DNA of 62,690 nucleotides, the filler included, from Choristocarpus tenellus KU-1152 (lineage: Eukaryota; Protista; Phaeophyceae): the NCBI GenBank assembly GCA_964200185.2. It is 12 parts of 12 records of this genome, joined end to end, with 100 filler letters (N's around TTAATTAATTAA, not from the genome) between each part and the next. Parts side by side here need not be neighbours in the genome. Positions count along the whole stretch, not along the records: positions 19,057 to 35,233 come from CAXNAD020000865.1; 11 more parts are not named here. One strand, given 5' to 3'. The stretch's first letter is position 1. Every line of letters starts with the position of its first letter. The translations under genes were made by a program, and so were the position numbers. Under the pieces are notes generated by a model. That model did no database searches and was not told the origin of the DNA. It saw only the letters and a list, made by a program, of their open reading frames with translations. Shown here piece by piece: positions 23,603 through 35,130 of the stretch.

Positions 23603-25504
23603 GCTTCCCACCGATGACGATGGCGCTGGAACTGGTACCAGTGACGTGGAAGACACTGACCAGGGCGAACGCTCGGGTGGAGGAGATAATCTCGTCAGCG
23701 GTGACAATGATCTCAGCAGGCTCGAGGAAATAGACTCTTCCTCATCGGACAGCAACAAGGAAGGAGCCGACTCCCGTTGACAGGGTTGGCCTTGTGCTAC
23801 ATTGACATCAGCGAACCATGGAAACCTCGTCTCAGCGCAAGAAGGCAGGTTTGCCTTTTCTGTGGCAACAGCGGCGCCGCTCTTGGTCGGCAAGATCCTA
23901 GCGGAGCGCGTCGGCGAGCATGGGGAGCATGGGGTGGATATTCACTGGCTTCGGCCGACCAGTGATCACACTCGTGACAATGCCGCGCCAATGACCCTTG
24001 AGAAGTATGGCAAACGTAGTTTTGTAGAAGGCTGGGTGCAGGCTGGTGATAGATCTGGGCGAGGTGGGAAACAGAAGCGAGTTAAGGACATAAGCTGGGA
24101 ACCCATGGCAGGTATCGTTTCGACATGCAAGAAACGTTTTGGGAACGGTAAAAAGATTCCTACCAAGGTCCTGACAGTTATACGGTCAGCTATCGAGGCA
24201 AGGGAAAGGGGGGGGGTTGTGAGAGATTCAAGAGACACTACATTGAAAGGACGAGGAGAGGAGAAGGGGGGGGAGAATGGGGATGAAAGGGAAGACAAGT
24301 CCGGCGACGACAGGGAGGAGGACAAGGAGGAAGATGAAGAGGACGAGGACGAGAAGGACGAGGAGCAGTAGAAGGAAGACAAGGACGACGACTTCGATTA
24401 TGATAAGGAGAACATCGGTACGGGGCAGGGTAGAGGGGCCTCTGCCAGTGCAGGCGATTCATGTACTGGGGTGCCCTTACATATGTTCGCCCAAGGACGT
24501 ATCCTTCAAGCGTCTACAGTACGGAGGGGAAGATCTGCACGGAAGAGACCTTTGGCTCCTACGCAAGCCCTGCAGACAAACAGGCTGGTTAGGTCTACCG
24601 CCAGTCACTTTCGTCCCGGTTCTGGCGCTGGGGAGACGAACGAGACGTTGGATTAGCAAGCATGTGGCATGTATTCGTGTTAGTAAAGTATACCTCTTAG
24701 GCGTCTTGAAGAATGGGCAATGTGTATTGAGAGCCGAGTACACATTTTTGTTGTGGCGGATGTTAATAACTGCCTTCTTTGATGGCGGCGACATCATGTG
24801 TTTAGTTTAATACATGATGTTTTCAGAGCCTTCCAAGCAGCATGTTGAGGTTGCCATACATATTAGTCCTCGGTTGTTGTTGCGTGGCAGTCTAATTCCT
24901 TTGTTTCCATTCATTATTTTGAGCCTCCTTCAATACGGGTTGGTGGTCCTTCACAAAATGTATTATGTACAAACGAAATATAGATGCAAAGGTATGCTTT
25001 CAAACGAGAACATATCTGATGCTCGTAGCATTTAGAAGCTCCTCTAATTGTCTGCTGTGTCTTGTTCATCGTATAAACACTTTTTCTCATTACCAATAAT
25101 AATGTCGAAGTGCAGGTTGACGCCGCCTCTGGTATGAAGATTGGCCGCTACTTACATATGTACCACCTTAGAAATGAAAGATCACGAGATCGGCTCAACG
25201 TAGGAACTCCTTTGTGACTAAAATTGCTTTCTAAGCGTGCCTGAACTACACGATAATAACAACCATTAAAACCCAAAATATACACGAAGTACAAGCTTTT
25301 AATGTATGTATAACAGAGTGGAACATCTGTTCGTTCTTCATTGTGGACTTGGTAAGTGCTTTTGGTGGATGTGACCTATCAATCCCTTTCTTGCACAAAC
25401 CACATAACACTCAAATAAATATCTCTAACTATTAGTAGTAGTAGTAGAAGATGTATGTATGTACTGCATAGTACAATCTATAGTGTACCATACATATTAT
25501 AAGA

Positions 25505-26550
25505 CCAAAACCGTTACCGGCTCCCCCCCGAAGGTCCCCGTCTGTCCTTATACATTTGGCTTGGTCGAGGTCGCTTCCAAATCGTTTCAGTGCCCTCCAC
25601 AAGCACTGAAATAGTTTTGAACAATAATATATCCCATTCAAAAAGGAGTCCTTAAAAAGTGCCGCAACATTTTCGAAAAAAAACATATCGGCGCTTTTTC
25701 CGCACCATTTTCGGTCAAATCCATCCTCCATATCGTATGTATTTTGTAATTGTCAGAACTCGAGAAACAATCCTTACACTGTACGTCTGTTAGAAATGTT
25801 CGTATTTCCTAAACATGAGGATATAATGCTCGTGCTATTCGCGTGTAACAAATGCTTGCACATCGTTGAAATAGAAGAAGAAACGCTCGCGCTATTCGCC
25901 TGTAACATTTTTGCCATGTTGACTCTAAAAATACTAGCTCTAAAAATACTAGAGACAACAAAAAGCGGTTCTTGAGTTTAGATTTCTCTTTCTGTTGACA
26001 ATTAATTGTGTTCAAGAATACAAATGTCCAACAACTTAAGATTCTACTTGAAAAATCGGAGGGTGTCATATATGTTTTTTTACCTTTTAGTTTCGGAACA
26101 TTGGAAACGTACGAAATTAATTACGTATGTCCTACGACCACCGTATTCGGCATCGATTCCCATTCAAAAAGGGGTCTTAAAAAATGCCGCGACATTTACA
26201 AAAAGAAACATATCGGCATTTTTCCGCATCATTTTCGCACAAACCCATCCTCCATGGTATGGACCATCCTCAATTTTGAAAATCCACTGTTAGAAGACGT
26301 GTGTATGTGCTGTATAATACAATATGTAGTGTAACATACACATGAGCATACCATAACCGTTACCGACTCCTCCCCGGTGAGCCCGTCTGTCCTTACACCT
26401 TCGGCTTGGTCGAGGCCACTTCCAAATCGTAGCGGTGCCCTCCACAAGCATCGGAATATTTTTTAACAAAAAAATATCCTTAAAAACTTACCAAATATTT
26501 TCAAATAAAAAATGTATGGGCAATTTCTGCGCGCCATTTTGGGTCAAACA
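25505..26550. repeat. Locally duplicated segments plus units of the repeat family found at 52320-53690
   Basis: CCGTTACCG.CTCC...GTCTGTCCTTA.AC...GGCTTGGTCGAGG..CTTCCAAATCG at ~25511 and ~26357; 25940-26130 matches 53210-53370 and 52325-52360, partly inverted. Confidence 0.8.
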
Positions 26551-26949
26551 TATGTTGCTGAGAGACTGTTACTAGAAGTGCATGTATCACTATGGGTTGA
26601 GTGCATGGTACAATGAAGAAGTGTTTTTGCTTTTGGTCTTTATTTGTGTGAACGTTTGCATGTGTGTGTATGTGTGCACTATCCGTCTCACTGTGGGATC
26701 ATTATGACACTTAAGCATCTCACGCACGAACACATGAGCTAGCCATTCAAGGTTCACGTATTTTCAGTGCAAGGCTACACCAGGCTTAGTCACTGCACAT
26801 GTAGCAGAGCATACTTGCAAGATTTATTACTTCCAAACCTTTAAGGATGAAAACAGAAATCCGTAATAAATACCTACAACTCTCTTACCTCCACTCAATG
26901 AATGACAAAATCTCTCTATCCTAAGCAGTCCGATACCTGCAACCCTCAA

Positions 26950-27900
26950 ATAAGATAGTTGATTCAGCCCTCGACGTTGATCCATGAACCTTATCATCAA
27001 CCAAATGCAGCACAAATCACAAGAAAACTCATTAATCAGAGCAAAATGTCTTTGATCTTCAATAATATTGCTCATAAAGCAGAGGAAAAGAAGAGAGAAG
27101 CTGCATCAAAGATAGTACGAGGAAAAAACAAGCATAAAACCATTGACGACTGCTCAACTTCTTACAACCGTTAAGGTGTAATCCTAACAACACCCATACA
27201 AAACAGACTGTACACCCTCTCCCTCAGTACATTTCAAACATAACGAGTATGCTCCTTCATCCATATTCAAACTGGGTCTACCCCTTAAAGACACCACCTG
27301 ATATACCATCAGCATCAATGCAACATGCAGAGCAAGACCAAAACATTCTACACAGCATTAACTGCAAATCAACTGGTAGGAATTCTCCGTACACTAAAAC
27401 ATTGGTTGAGGAGGGAGGGTATCAAGTGCAGAATCATGATCCCACTCAAGGGAAATACCTCCTTTTCTACTTTCGAACTCAAACACTCTATTGAAATGTA
27501 CATCAGAGAGGGGAAGCAAGGAAACATTATTAAACATGCAGTAAAAGACCAATTGTTATACTGCAGACACAAATATGCATCATACTTCATACATTTCCGA
27601 GATAAGCTCAGCCCATGCCTGTTCTGAGTTTGAATCTCCTACTTCCTAACAAACAAATGCGAACCAATCATCCCCAGGATCACGGCCACATCTAGACTAG
27701 ACAAGCTCTGGAACCTAAGGAAATTACAGCAATATAAAATACAAATCTCTCAATTTTATTCCTCATGATCCACTCTCCCACTAACACTTCACTGCCTTAC
27801 CACACCCTCGCCCCTGGATTCATCCCATCATCTGAGTCTCTTTATTAATGAAAGGATTCCAAGAGAGATAACCTTCACATCAACAGTGTTGAATGAAGTG
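26950..27900 (+). mobile_element. Possible degenerate Penelope-like element ORF remnant
   Basis: Broken reading frames with PCLF...HGHI.T... and LLMKGFQER.P, reminiscent of the C.C..GH..TGDL..L..KGPKYREP motif upstream of some PLE reverse transcriptases; no RT core seen. Confidence 0.3.
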
Positions 27901-28618
27901 TGACACGTACACATTCAATCATGCAACAAATTTCAAGCAGTAGTTCTGTCACTCTTGATGTTGGGTATTCGTTCTTACCTCTAAATTTAGTCAACACAAT
28001 AAGCAATACCCCTCACTATATCCACCCTGTGCTTGCAAGACATGGTTCTATATTCAAGTATCTTTGACCTCCAGTATCAGGTAGGTCATCCAGTCCCATG
28101 TTGACACCAAAACCCTTCCTTCCAGAACTAACAATTGAAACACGTCAGACACTTTATAGTACACCTATTAAATTTGACCATTAAAATGGAACTGCTCTCC
28201 CATAAAGCAATTAGTAGCACCATTTATTTTGTCTGATCCAAGTATGCAGACGGCAGGGCACACTCAAGGACTTCACAATCCATCATAGCAGACACTCCTC
28301 AATGTTAGCTTGTCCTTGCATTCTCTTGTTCTAAAAATGGAGATAGCTTTAGTCCGGGTAAGGAAGTGACGGAAACAACAGGACCAGGAAATAACATTTA
28401 AGATTTTTACAAATAGAGATCACAAGCAGATATGCACGGTGTAAGACAAGACAGAGTAAACACTATACAGCATTACAAAATAAACAATAACTATACCACA
28501 TTGAATTATGACATGTAATCAAGAATATGACGCCAAGTCACCAAAGCATCCTTTTTGGTCAGTTGAAGGGAAACAATTTCATGCGTGGGCAAGACTTGAG
28601 ATAAACAAGATCACCAAC

Positions 28619-31600
28619 TCAACTAAGTGTTAGTGTGGATCTGGTTAGAATTCTGCAATAGAGCCACCAGCTATCAAAAACCTGAACAAGAAACGGATAT
28701 TGCTGGGAAGAATATCCTCTGGTCAAAATCATTAAGAGTAAGAATACAACTGTAGCAAGAAGGACAAGAAACAAGCATCAGATGAGAAACCACCTCGTTA
28801 TCAAGGGAACTCTTGCCTGCTTCTCAATCTGCTCAAAATCCGGTCGGTCTTGCCGCTCATCAGCCCAGCACTTCGAGATAACGTTCTTTAAGCATTCAGG
28901 TGACGTCGTAGGCAGTGAAAGACGATTTTTCCTCGTACACACGTGATATTCAATTGGCTCTATCTCGTTGTGCTCATCCCAAGGATTTTCACGGGTAAGG
29001 ACCTCCCACAACACAATGGCAAAGCTGTGTTTATAAAATCATAAGAGTAAAGAACAAGCTGGTTAGGAGTGAAAGCATTAGATTGTTATCTTTTCTCCAA
29101 AATGAAAGATGTGAAGAGCAAGTAAAGATCACACAATACAACTACATTACGCTTCGTACAACAGTGTAACCCCATAAAAAATAGTCCCAGCATAGCTAGT
29201 CATCATCATCTACAAGCCTTTGCTTCTGACAAGATACTCAAAAGGGCTCTACAATCTCTCTACCTGTAAACGTCACTAGCTCTGCTACTTTTGCCTTCCC
29301 ACACTTCTGGAGCCGCATACACAGGAGTGCGCCCTCGTGCTTTTCCCTGTTGGCTCCGTTTGCTCCTCGTGATCTTCACAACTTGTCCTAGTCCAAAGTC
29401 TGCAACCTGTGAGGAACACGATCAACATCCGTTTGGTAGAATATGGCAACAAGGAAGGCAACTTCAACATCTAGGGATGTATAAATTCGACAGATTCTCG
29501 TTATGTCTCACAATACAACCGACTCTTTACGACAAAAAGTACAGGGTAAAAAAGCATAAAAACACTTCATCGAGAAGCACATCATGGTTCAGTTGAAAAG
29601 TCGTTGTGAAGTATACATGAAAACATAACAACAAATGGGTAGGTAGGTCACTTTTCTGCGAAGTCCTAAGAACGACCAATAGTGTAACATAACGCACTTT
29701 TACATGTGCAGGATATAAACAATTAATTGAAAGACATACAAAATACAAACCTTAATATTATTTTCCATTAAGCCAACTATACTTCCATTTCATCACACAC
29801 TCTTACACAAGATCAACTCCACAATCAGAACCATCATGAAAAGATTATTAGGAAGAGAAAACAATTGACACTCACACTGACTGGTTTGTAATACCGATAG
29901 ACAATTATTTATTTCGGTACCAATCTCCCTAACCCCAAGTCAAACTTGAGGGGTGGTTAAAATATGACATTGATTTAGAAAAAACAATCAAGAGTTGGCT
30001 GTGGCACTTTCTCTAATTTGATAGAATTGATCAAGGAGAACTAATACAATGCATTGTTCCGTAGAAACTTGCTCTCAAGCTTACCTTTGCCCTTTTCTTG
30101 CCATCAAGGAGAATGTTCTGACATTTGAGATCTCCGTGTGCAATCCCCTTGGCGTGAATGTGCTTCATGCCTCTTACCACATCCAAGATTATGCTCTTCC
30201 CATCATCTGCAATAGACCCAGACTTCCAAGAAGCTTTTTGGAGGAACGTTCTTAAGTTTCCACCTGGTAAAAACTCGGTCACAATGACACACTACCATTT
30301 CCAACAGTCAACAATCATGAGGCAGATAATAGGAAAAAAGTTTGGACCTTGAGCAATCTCTACCTCTAACCCTAACATGAAAAATACGCATGTAAAACGT
30401 ATACCTAAGATTGAACAAATACACGAAAAAATGGTTAGGGTTAGGGATGATAAGACACAAGAGAGATGTCAACTTCACTCAGTAGAATCCACCCCATCAA
30501 TCCACCACACAAATGAAAGCACTTCTTACCGGTATTGTCTTATGATCTACAACATCTAGAAGTCTAACCACGTAAGGCGACTCCTCTAATGTTTTCATAA
30601 GATCGCACTCCGTTTTTATGCTGAGGAGATTTTTTTCAAATTCCTCGGTGGTGAACTCTTTAAGAGGAAACTTCGCAGCAGCATTCACACCCTTGTAGTC
30701 CACAAGATACACCTGAATAGGCAAAAAAATGTTTTGCAATGGCAAACCTTCAGCTACTTCTGGAACTACAAAATCCTAGTGCACGCAGTATCTCTGACAT
30801 AGCTAGAACGTTCCTGAAGTGACAATACGATGTCAGAAATCCAACAATAGGATCACAAGAACATATACATACAAACACCAGACATTTGACAAATTGTGTA
30901 TGCTCATTTGCTCAGTTGAAGGTTGACCACTCATGAGAGCTTTATGTAATGTGGTTTTATAACATATTGCAAAATATTTAAAAATATATATATTCTCCCT
31001 CATGTTACACGCTATGCACGCTATACATAACCTCACATTAGTACTTCCCAAACATGGAAGAACAAAGAAATTGGGTGGAGCATCCCTGCCTCACCTTGCC
31101 AAAACCACCCGCACCAATCAGGTCCCCTGCAGATTGCCAACTATCAGTTTCCCAACCTCTCACAGTCACATCCTTCCAGTTAAAAAAAAAGAGTGTGGTG
31201 GCATTCATTGGTCACCGTTTGAACTCCATTGATGGCATTTGTGCATCACATGGTCAACAGTTTTAAACAGAAACAATCTATGCTGTGTACTAATGTGTAA
31301 ACATCTGTCAAAATTTGAAGCACCATAGACCTCTTACCAGCTGTAAAGTATCCGCTATTGCTCCTATTTGGATGTCTCCTTCATATACCAGAAAAGCGAA
31401 GATACCCCAATTCAAGACTAGGGTTATACTATACCCACCTCCTGCGAGTGCTTCCTGATGCTTTCAGCAGCGGACTTTGCCTCCGCCAGTCTCTGCTTCC
31501 ATAGACTAGATTGTTCACACTCTGGCCACCTCTCGTTCCTGTTGTAGTGTTGCAACATCTGGTAGGTATATGATGTAAAAGATCATAATTTAGAAGCAAG

Positions 31601-34600
31601 ATTAACAACCTGTGACAACACAATAATACCCACCATTAATAAAAAATTTTAAAAGATTGAACTTAACGTCGACCTCTCCAGTTTGGAAATCAGTTATTGA
31701 ATTTTTATTATCTTTGTACTTAGTAATTGCTGCTTGACATTACATTTCAACCATTCCAAACAAAGCTTCAACTTTACATGTCACTCAACACAAAGATTGA
31801 AGAGGGAAAGGAGAGCGCAGGAATCTAAGACCAGGAGCACAAAAGCATATCAAAATTTCTCAACCACTTCCAAACTACCCTTACGAGTCAATACCCAGTG
31901 AAACAATAATAATAATAATAATACACCACCAAGAATAGGCCACAGTACTAAGGTAATAAACTCTAGTGTGCTTTATATTATTATAGCCACTCCACCTTTC
32001 CAGAGGTGTAAGAATGTGGGATGTAAGTTTTATTAATTGCTCAAATATGACGGAAAAGTAGGTGTCACATCAAAATCCGTGATTTTATTGTCTGCATCAC
32101 TATCCATGTGCCTTCTACACTGCTCAGAACAGATTGAAAATATACCTTTCACATTATCATTAAACCACAAGGAAATATAGGAAATATATATAAATAGTGC
32201 GTATCAACAGACTCAACTTAATTAGAGACAAATCAAATCCAATACAAAGCAAGCAGAACTTATATTGAGAGGAAAATAGTCTAGTAACATTGACAACAAG
32301 TAAGGCTTTTGCCACAGTTGTGACACAGTCACTTACTCTATTAATTACTCACAGCAAAACCATAAAAAAATAAATTGGTGCACACTTCTAACCTAGCAAC
32401 ACTCTATTGCGTCATGCTTGTGTTATGGGGACATAGCTAACAGGGTAAGAGGGTGAGATAGATTGTACGATGAAAGTGTGTAAGAGAAAGGAAATGATCA
32501 TCCAACAGGATACGATCAATAAAACACGCTAGACATAAAGACAAGGTATGAAAGATACACCATGGTCATTCATACTGACCTCAAGCCATACATTTACTCT
32601 ATGGTGTAATTGCTGTCTAGAGATAAGAATGGAGACAAAAAATATGAACAAGTGCTCTCTATGTATATATAGCGATTACAACCTGAACATCTAATCAGAT
32701 AGACAACAAATTTAAGAGGAAGATACAATTAAACTAACCCTAACCCCAAACACTTCAACCAAATCATATAAAAATCGGTACAAGAAAGAATTCCCCATAA
32801 ATAGACCCCCCCCATCCACCCCCCACCTCCAACAGACATTAGAGCTTGCACCTAAGGTTTAGCGAAGATTACCTTTACGTAACCCTAGCCCTATATAACA
32901 ACAGCTTCACTCTGTTTACCGAACAGACGTCTAGCAAAAATTCCACCAACAGCAGGAACTTTCTTTATATTTCTTTAGATCATCATGTCATCATCCAGGT
33001 AACTTGACTCCCGTCCAAGGAACAATCAGCAATGTAGACATTAGAGTACCCTAACCCTACCCTTTACCAACTTCCCCCAAAAAAGCTTCACTTTGATGCT
33101 GTGGTAGGTATAAGCTAAAAGAGGGGACAGGGCACATGACTAAAAGTACATACGATTGTGAGGACTGTGAATAGGACAAGAGGGAGTCATAATAAAAAAA
33201 AGAAGTGATACATTTAATACGTAACTAAAAAGGCATTCAACATTTCTAACAAACATTCCACTGACTGGTGAACTAACCTCAAGCATCATCTTCAGGCGAT
33301 GATTGAGAGAAGTAGATATCCCATCACGTACCCATCTGCATAGAACCTGTCACAAGATAATAAAATTGAAGCAAAAATACGAAAAATATGTCACTTCATC
33401 AATGCGATGATAGCAACGGAATGCATCAGTACAAAAGTGGTGGTGGTACAAAATAAACAAAGTAAGCTAAATCAAAAAGTCATTTACATGTGTAACCAAC
33501 TTTCTCACACAAACGTTCTGAAAGTATCTATTTTCCAACACAACTGATTGGAGACTACAGTTAATCCTTGTTCGTCTGGTCTGTCTAGATCGGTGACTAC
33601 TACATCCAATAATGGCGATTATCATCCTCTCCTTTGTCACTTAAAATTTTGAGATTATCACCTCACCAATTTATTTGGATCCATTCTCAATAAAACACCA
33701 CCCTCAACTCTATCTTAAAGTTCTTCATTAGAGGATTAGAACATTATACTCAGAACAAAGACATATTTCCATACCAACAACCTTTTGAAACACACACTTG
33801 ATTCTTTTTGCCTTTAATACAACACAAAATATTAGTCAAATCATTCTGAATCTCAACAAAAAATGTGTGAACATTCCTACAGAATACCAAGAATGTGCAC
33901 TAAATACACAAAAAAAATTAGAATCCTAACCCTACAAACTACTCAACAATCAAATTTTGCCCCACATCAAACTGACGCCCTGTCATGAAAAAGGCACTTC
34001 TTGATCCCTAACCCTTAGTTACAAACACTCGACAGAAGAAAAAAATACCTCAAATCACAACTAAGAGGTTTCATTTATTTAAATCTGACCAATACAACAA
34101 CAACAAAATTCTCTGCATTCACAAATATAAAAAAAACAATTTACACAATTCAAAACTGATAACTTGTATTTTAAATCGCTAGGAGTATTCACACAATTGT
34201 TCTTATACCACAATCATCACAATATATGCCATCACACCATTGTTTAACATCAAAATCAATAAAAAATATACATTGTCGTTGTATCGTTACACCAACCCCA
34301 CACTCACATCATCCTTTTCCATGGTACAACGCACAGCCATCTTAACAGAAGTTACCAGTTCCTTCACTGACTCAGAAACAGAAGTTGAAGCACAACCTTC
34401 CATAAGATTCTCCAGTTCAGACAAAACCTTTGTACACTCGCTGCAATACTTCTCCACATCGTCATTGCGCTGAAAAGGACCCCCTCTCAATACACGACTC
34501 TCACCCTCCACTGGCACACCTGGGAAATTATATTACATAACCACAGCGTCGCAAGTGAGAATGTTATTGTCAGCAAAAAGTAGCAGTATAGTTTGTTACC

Positions 34601-35130
34601 AACAACGCAGACTAAGGATTTATTAATTGAAGACTTTTCTTTAACTAGATTCAAGTTCATAAAATAAAGATATACGTCAACAAAATTGTTTCAAAGTGAG
34701 ACAAACATCACTGGCAACACTGCAACAAAGGATCCAGCATTAGCAGGGTTAGGGTTAAATCTCTCTTACACAAAAATGATAGGAGAGAACTGTAATATTC
34801 GTGAAGTACAAATGTTCCAGATATTTCTTCATCACTAGTGTATGTACATCTACACATGGTTACTACAATATTCAAACAAAAATAAGAAATTGTTGAGTTT
34901 AGGGTTAGGGTTGGATTGTTCTTGTCATTGTAACACAGGTAAAAAGCTTACCACATACACCATCACTAGAATGGACATCGCACTTCTCCCTCATGTCCTC
35001 CTTTTTCTCCTCAAACCCTTCCTCACCACCACCTAGTCCATCCCGTGCAGTACTGCGTTCCTGAACCAACCCCTCCTTCTCCAGAACATTGTCATCAATA
35101 ACAGTATGCACCTTGCCCGGAATACTCCCT
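28619..35130 (-). CDS. Multi-exon tyrosine-kinase-like (TKL) protein kinase with N-terminal helical region; 5' end missing
   Basis: Exons give IGAGGFGK (~31097), VYLVDYKGVNAAAK...E (30712-30529), HGDLKCQNILL (~30295-30085), VADFGLG...YAAPEVW...SDVY (29406-29264) and FAIVLWEVLTRENPW...CW...RPDF (29024-28817); upstream exons at 31558-31439, ~33345-33278, ~34520-34308 and ~35130-34960. Confidence 0.9.

Larger units (their letters stand above)
19290..24656 (+). mobile_element. Intron-containing Sola-like (DDD) DNA transposase pseudogene
   Basis: Spliced exons: ..-20030 (VSKVHFLRLLREDRPNIRVR..FMKYDICVTL), 20498-20661 (MSVDAANQTAHALP), 20862-20950, 21148-21260, 21514-21659 (VDNCVSENKN...FMIVGHTHIKIDQIFS), 22442-, ~22580-22878, ~23200-24656 (LLVGKIL...VDIHWLRP, acidic tail). 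In-frame stops and two MITE insertions. The 5' limit is approximate. Confidence 0.8.

Noticed and set aside
19290-24656. Endogenous giant-virus (phaeovirus) segment
   Set aside because: The sequence is intron-rich with transposase motifs, and no NCLDV core genes or gene-dense intronless tract were seen.
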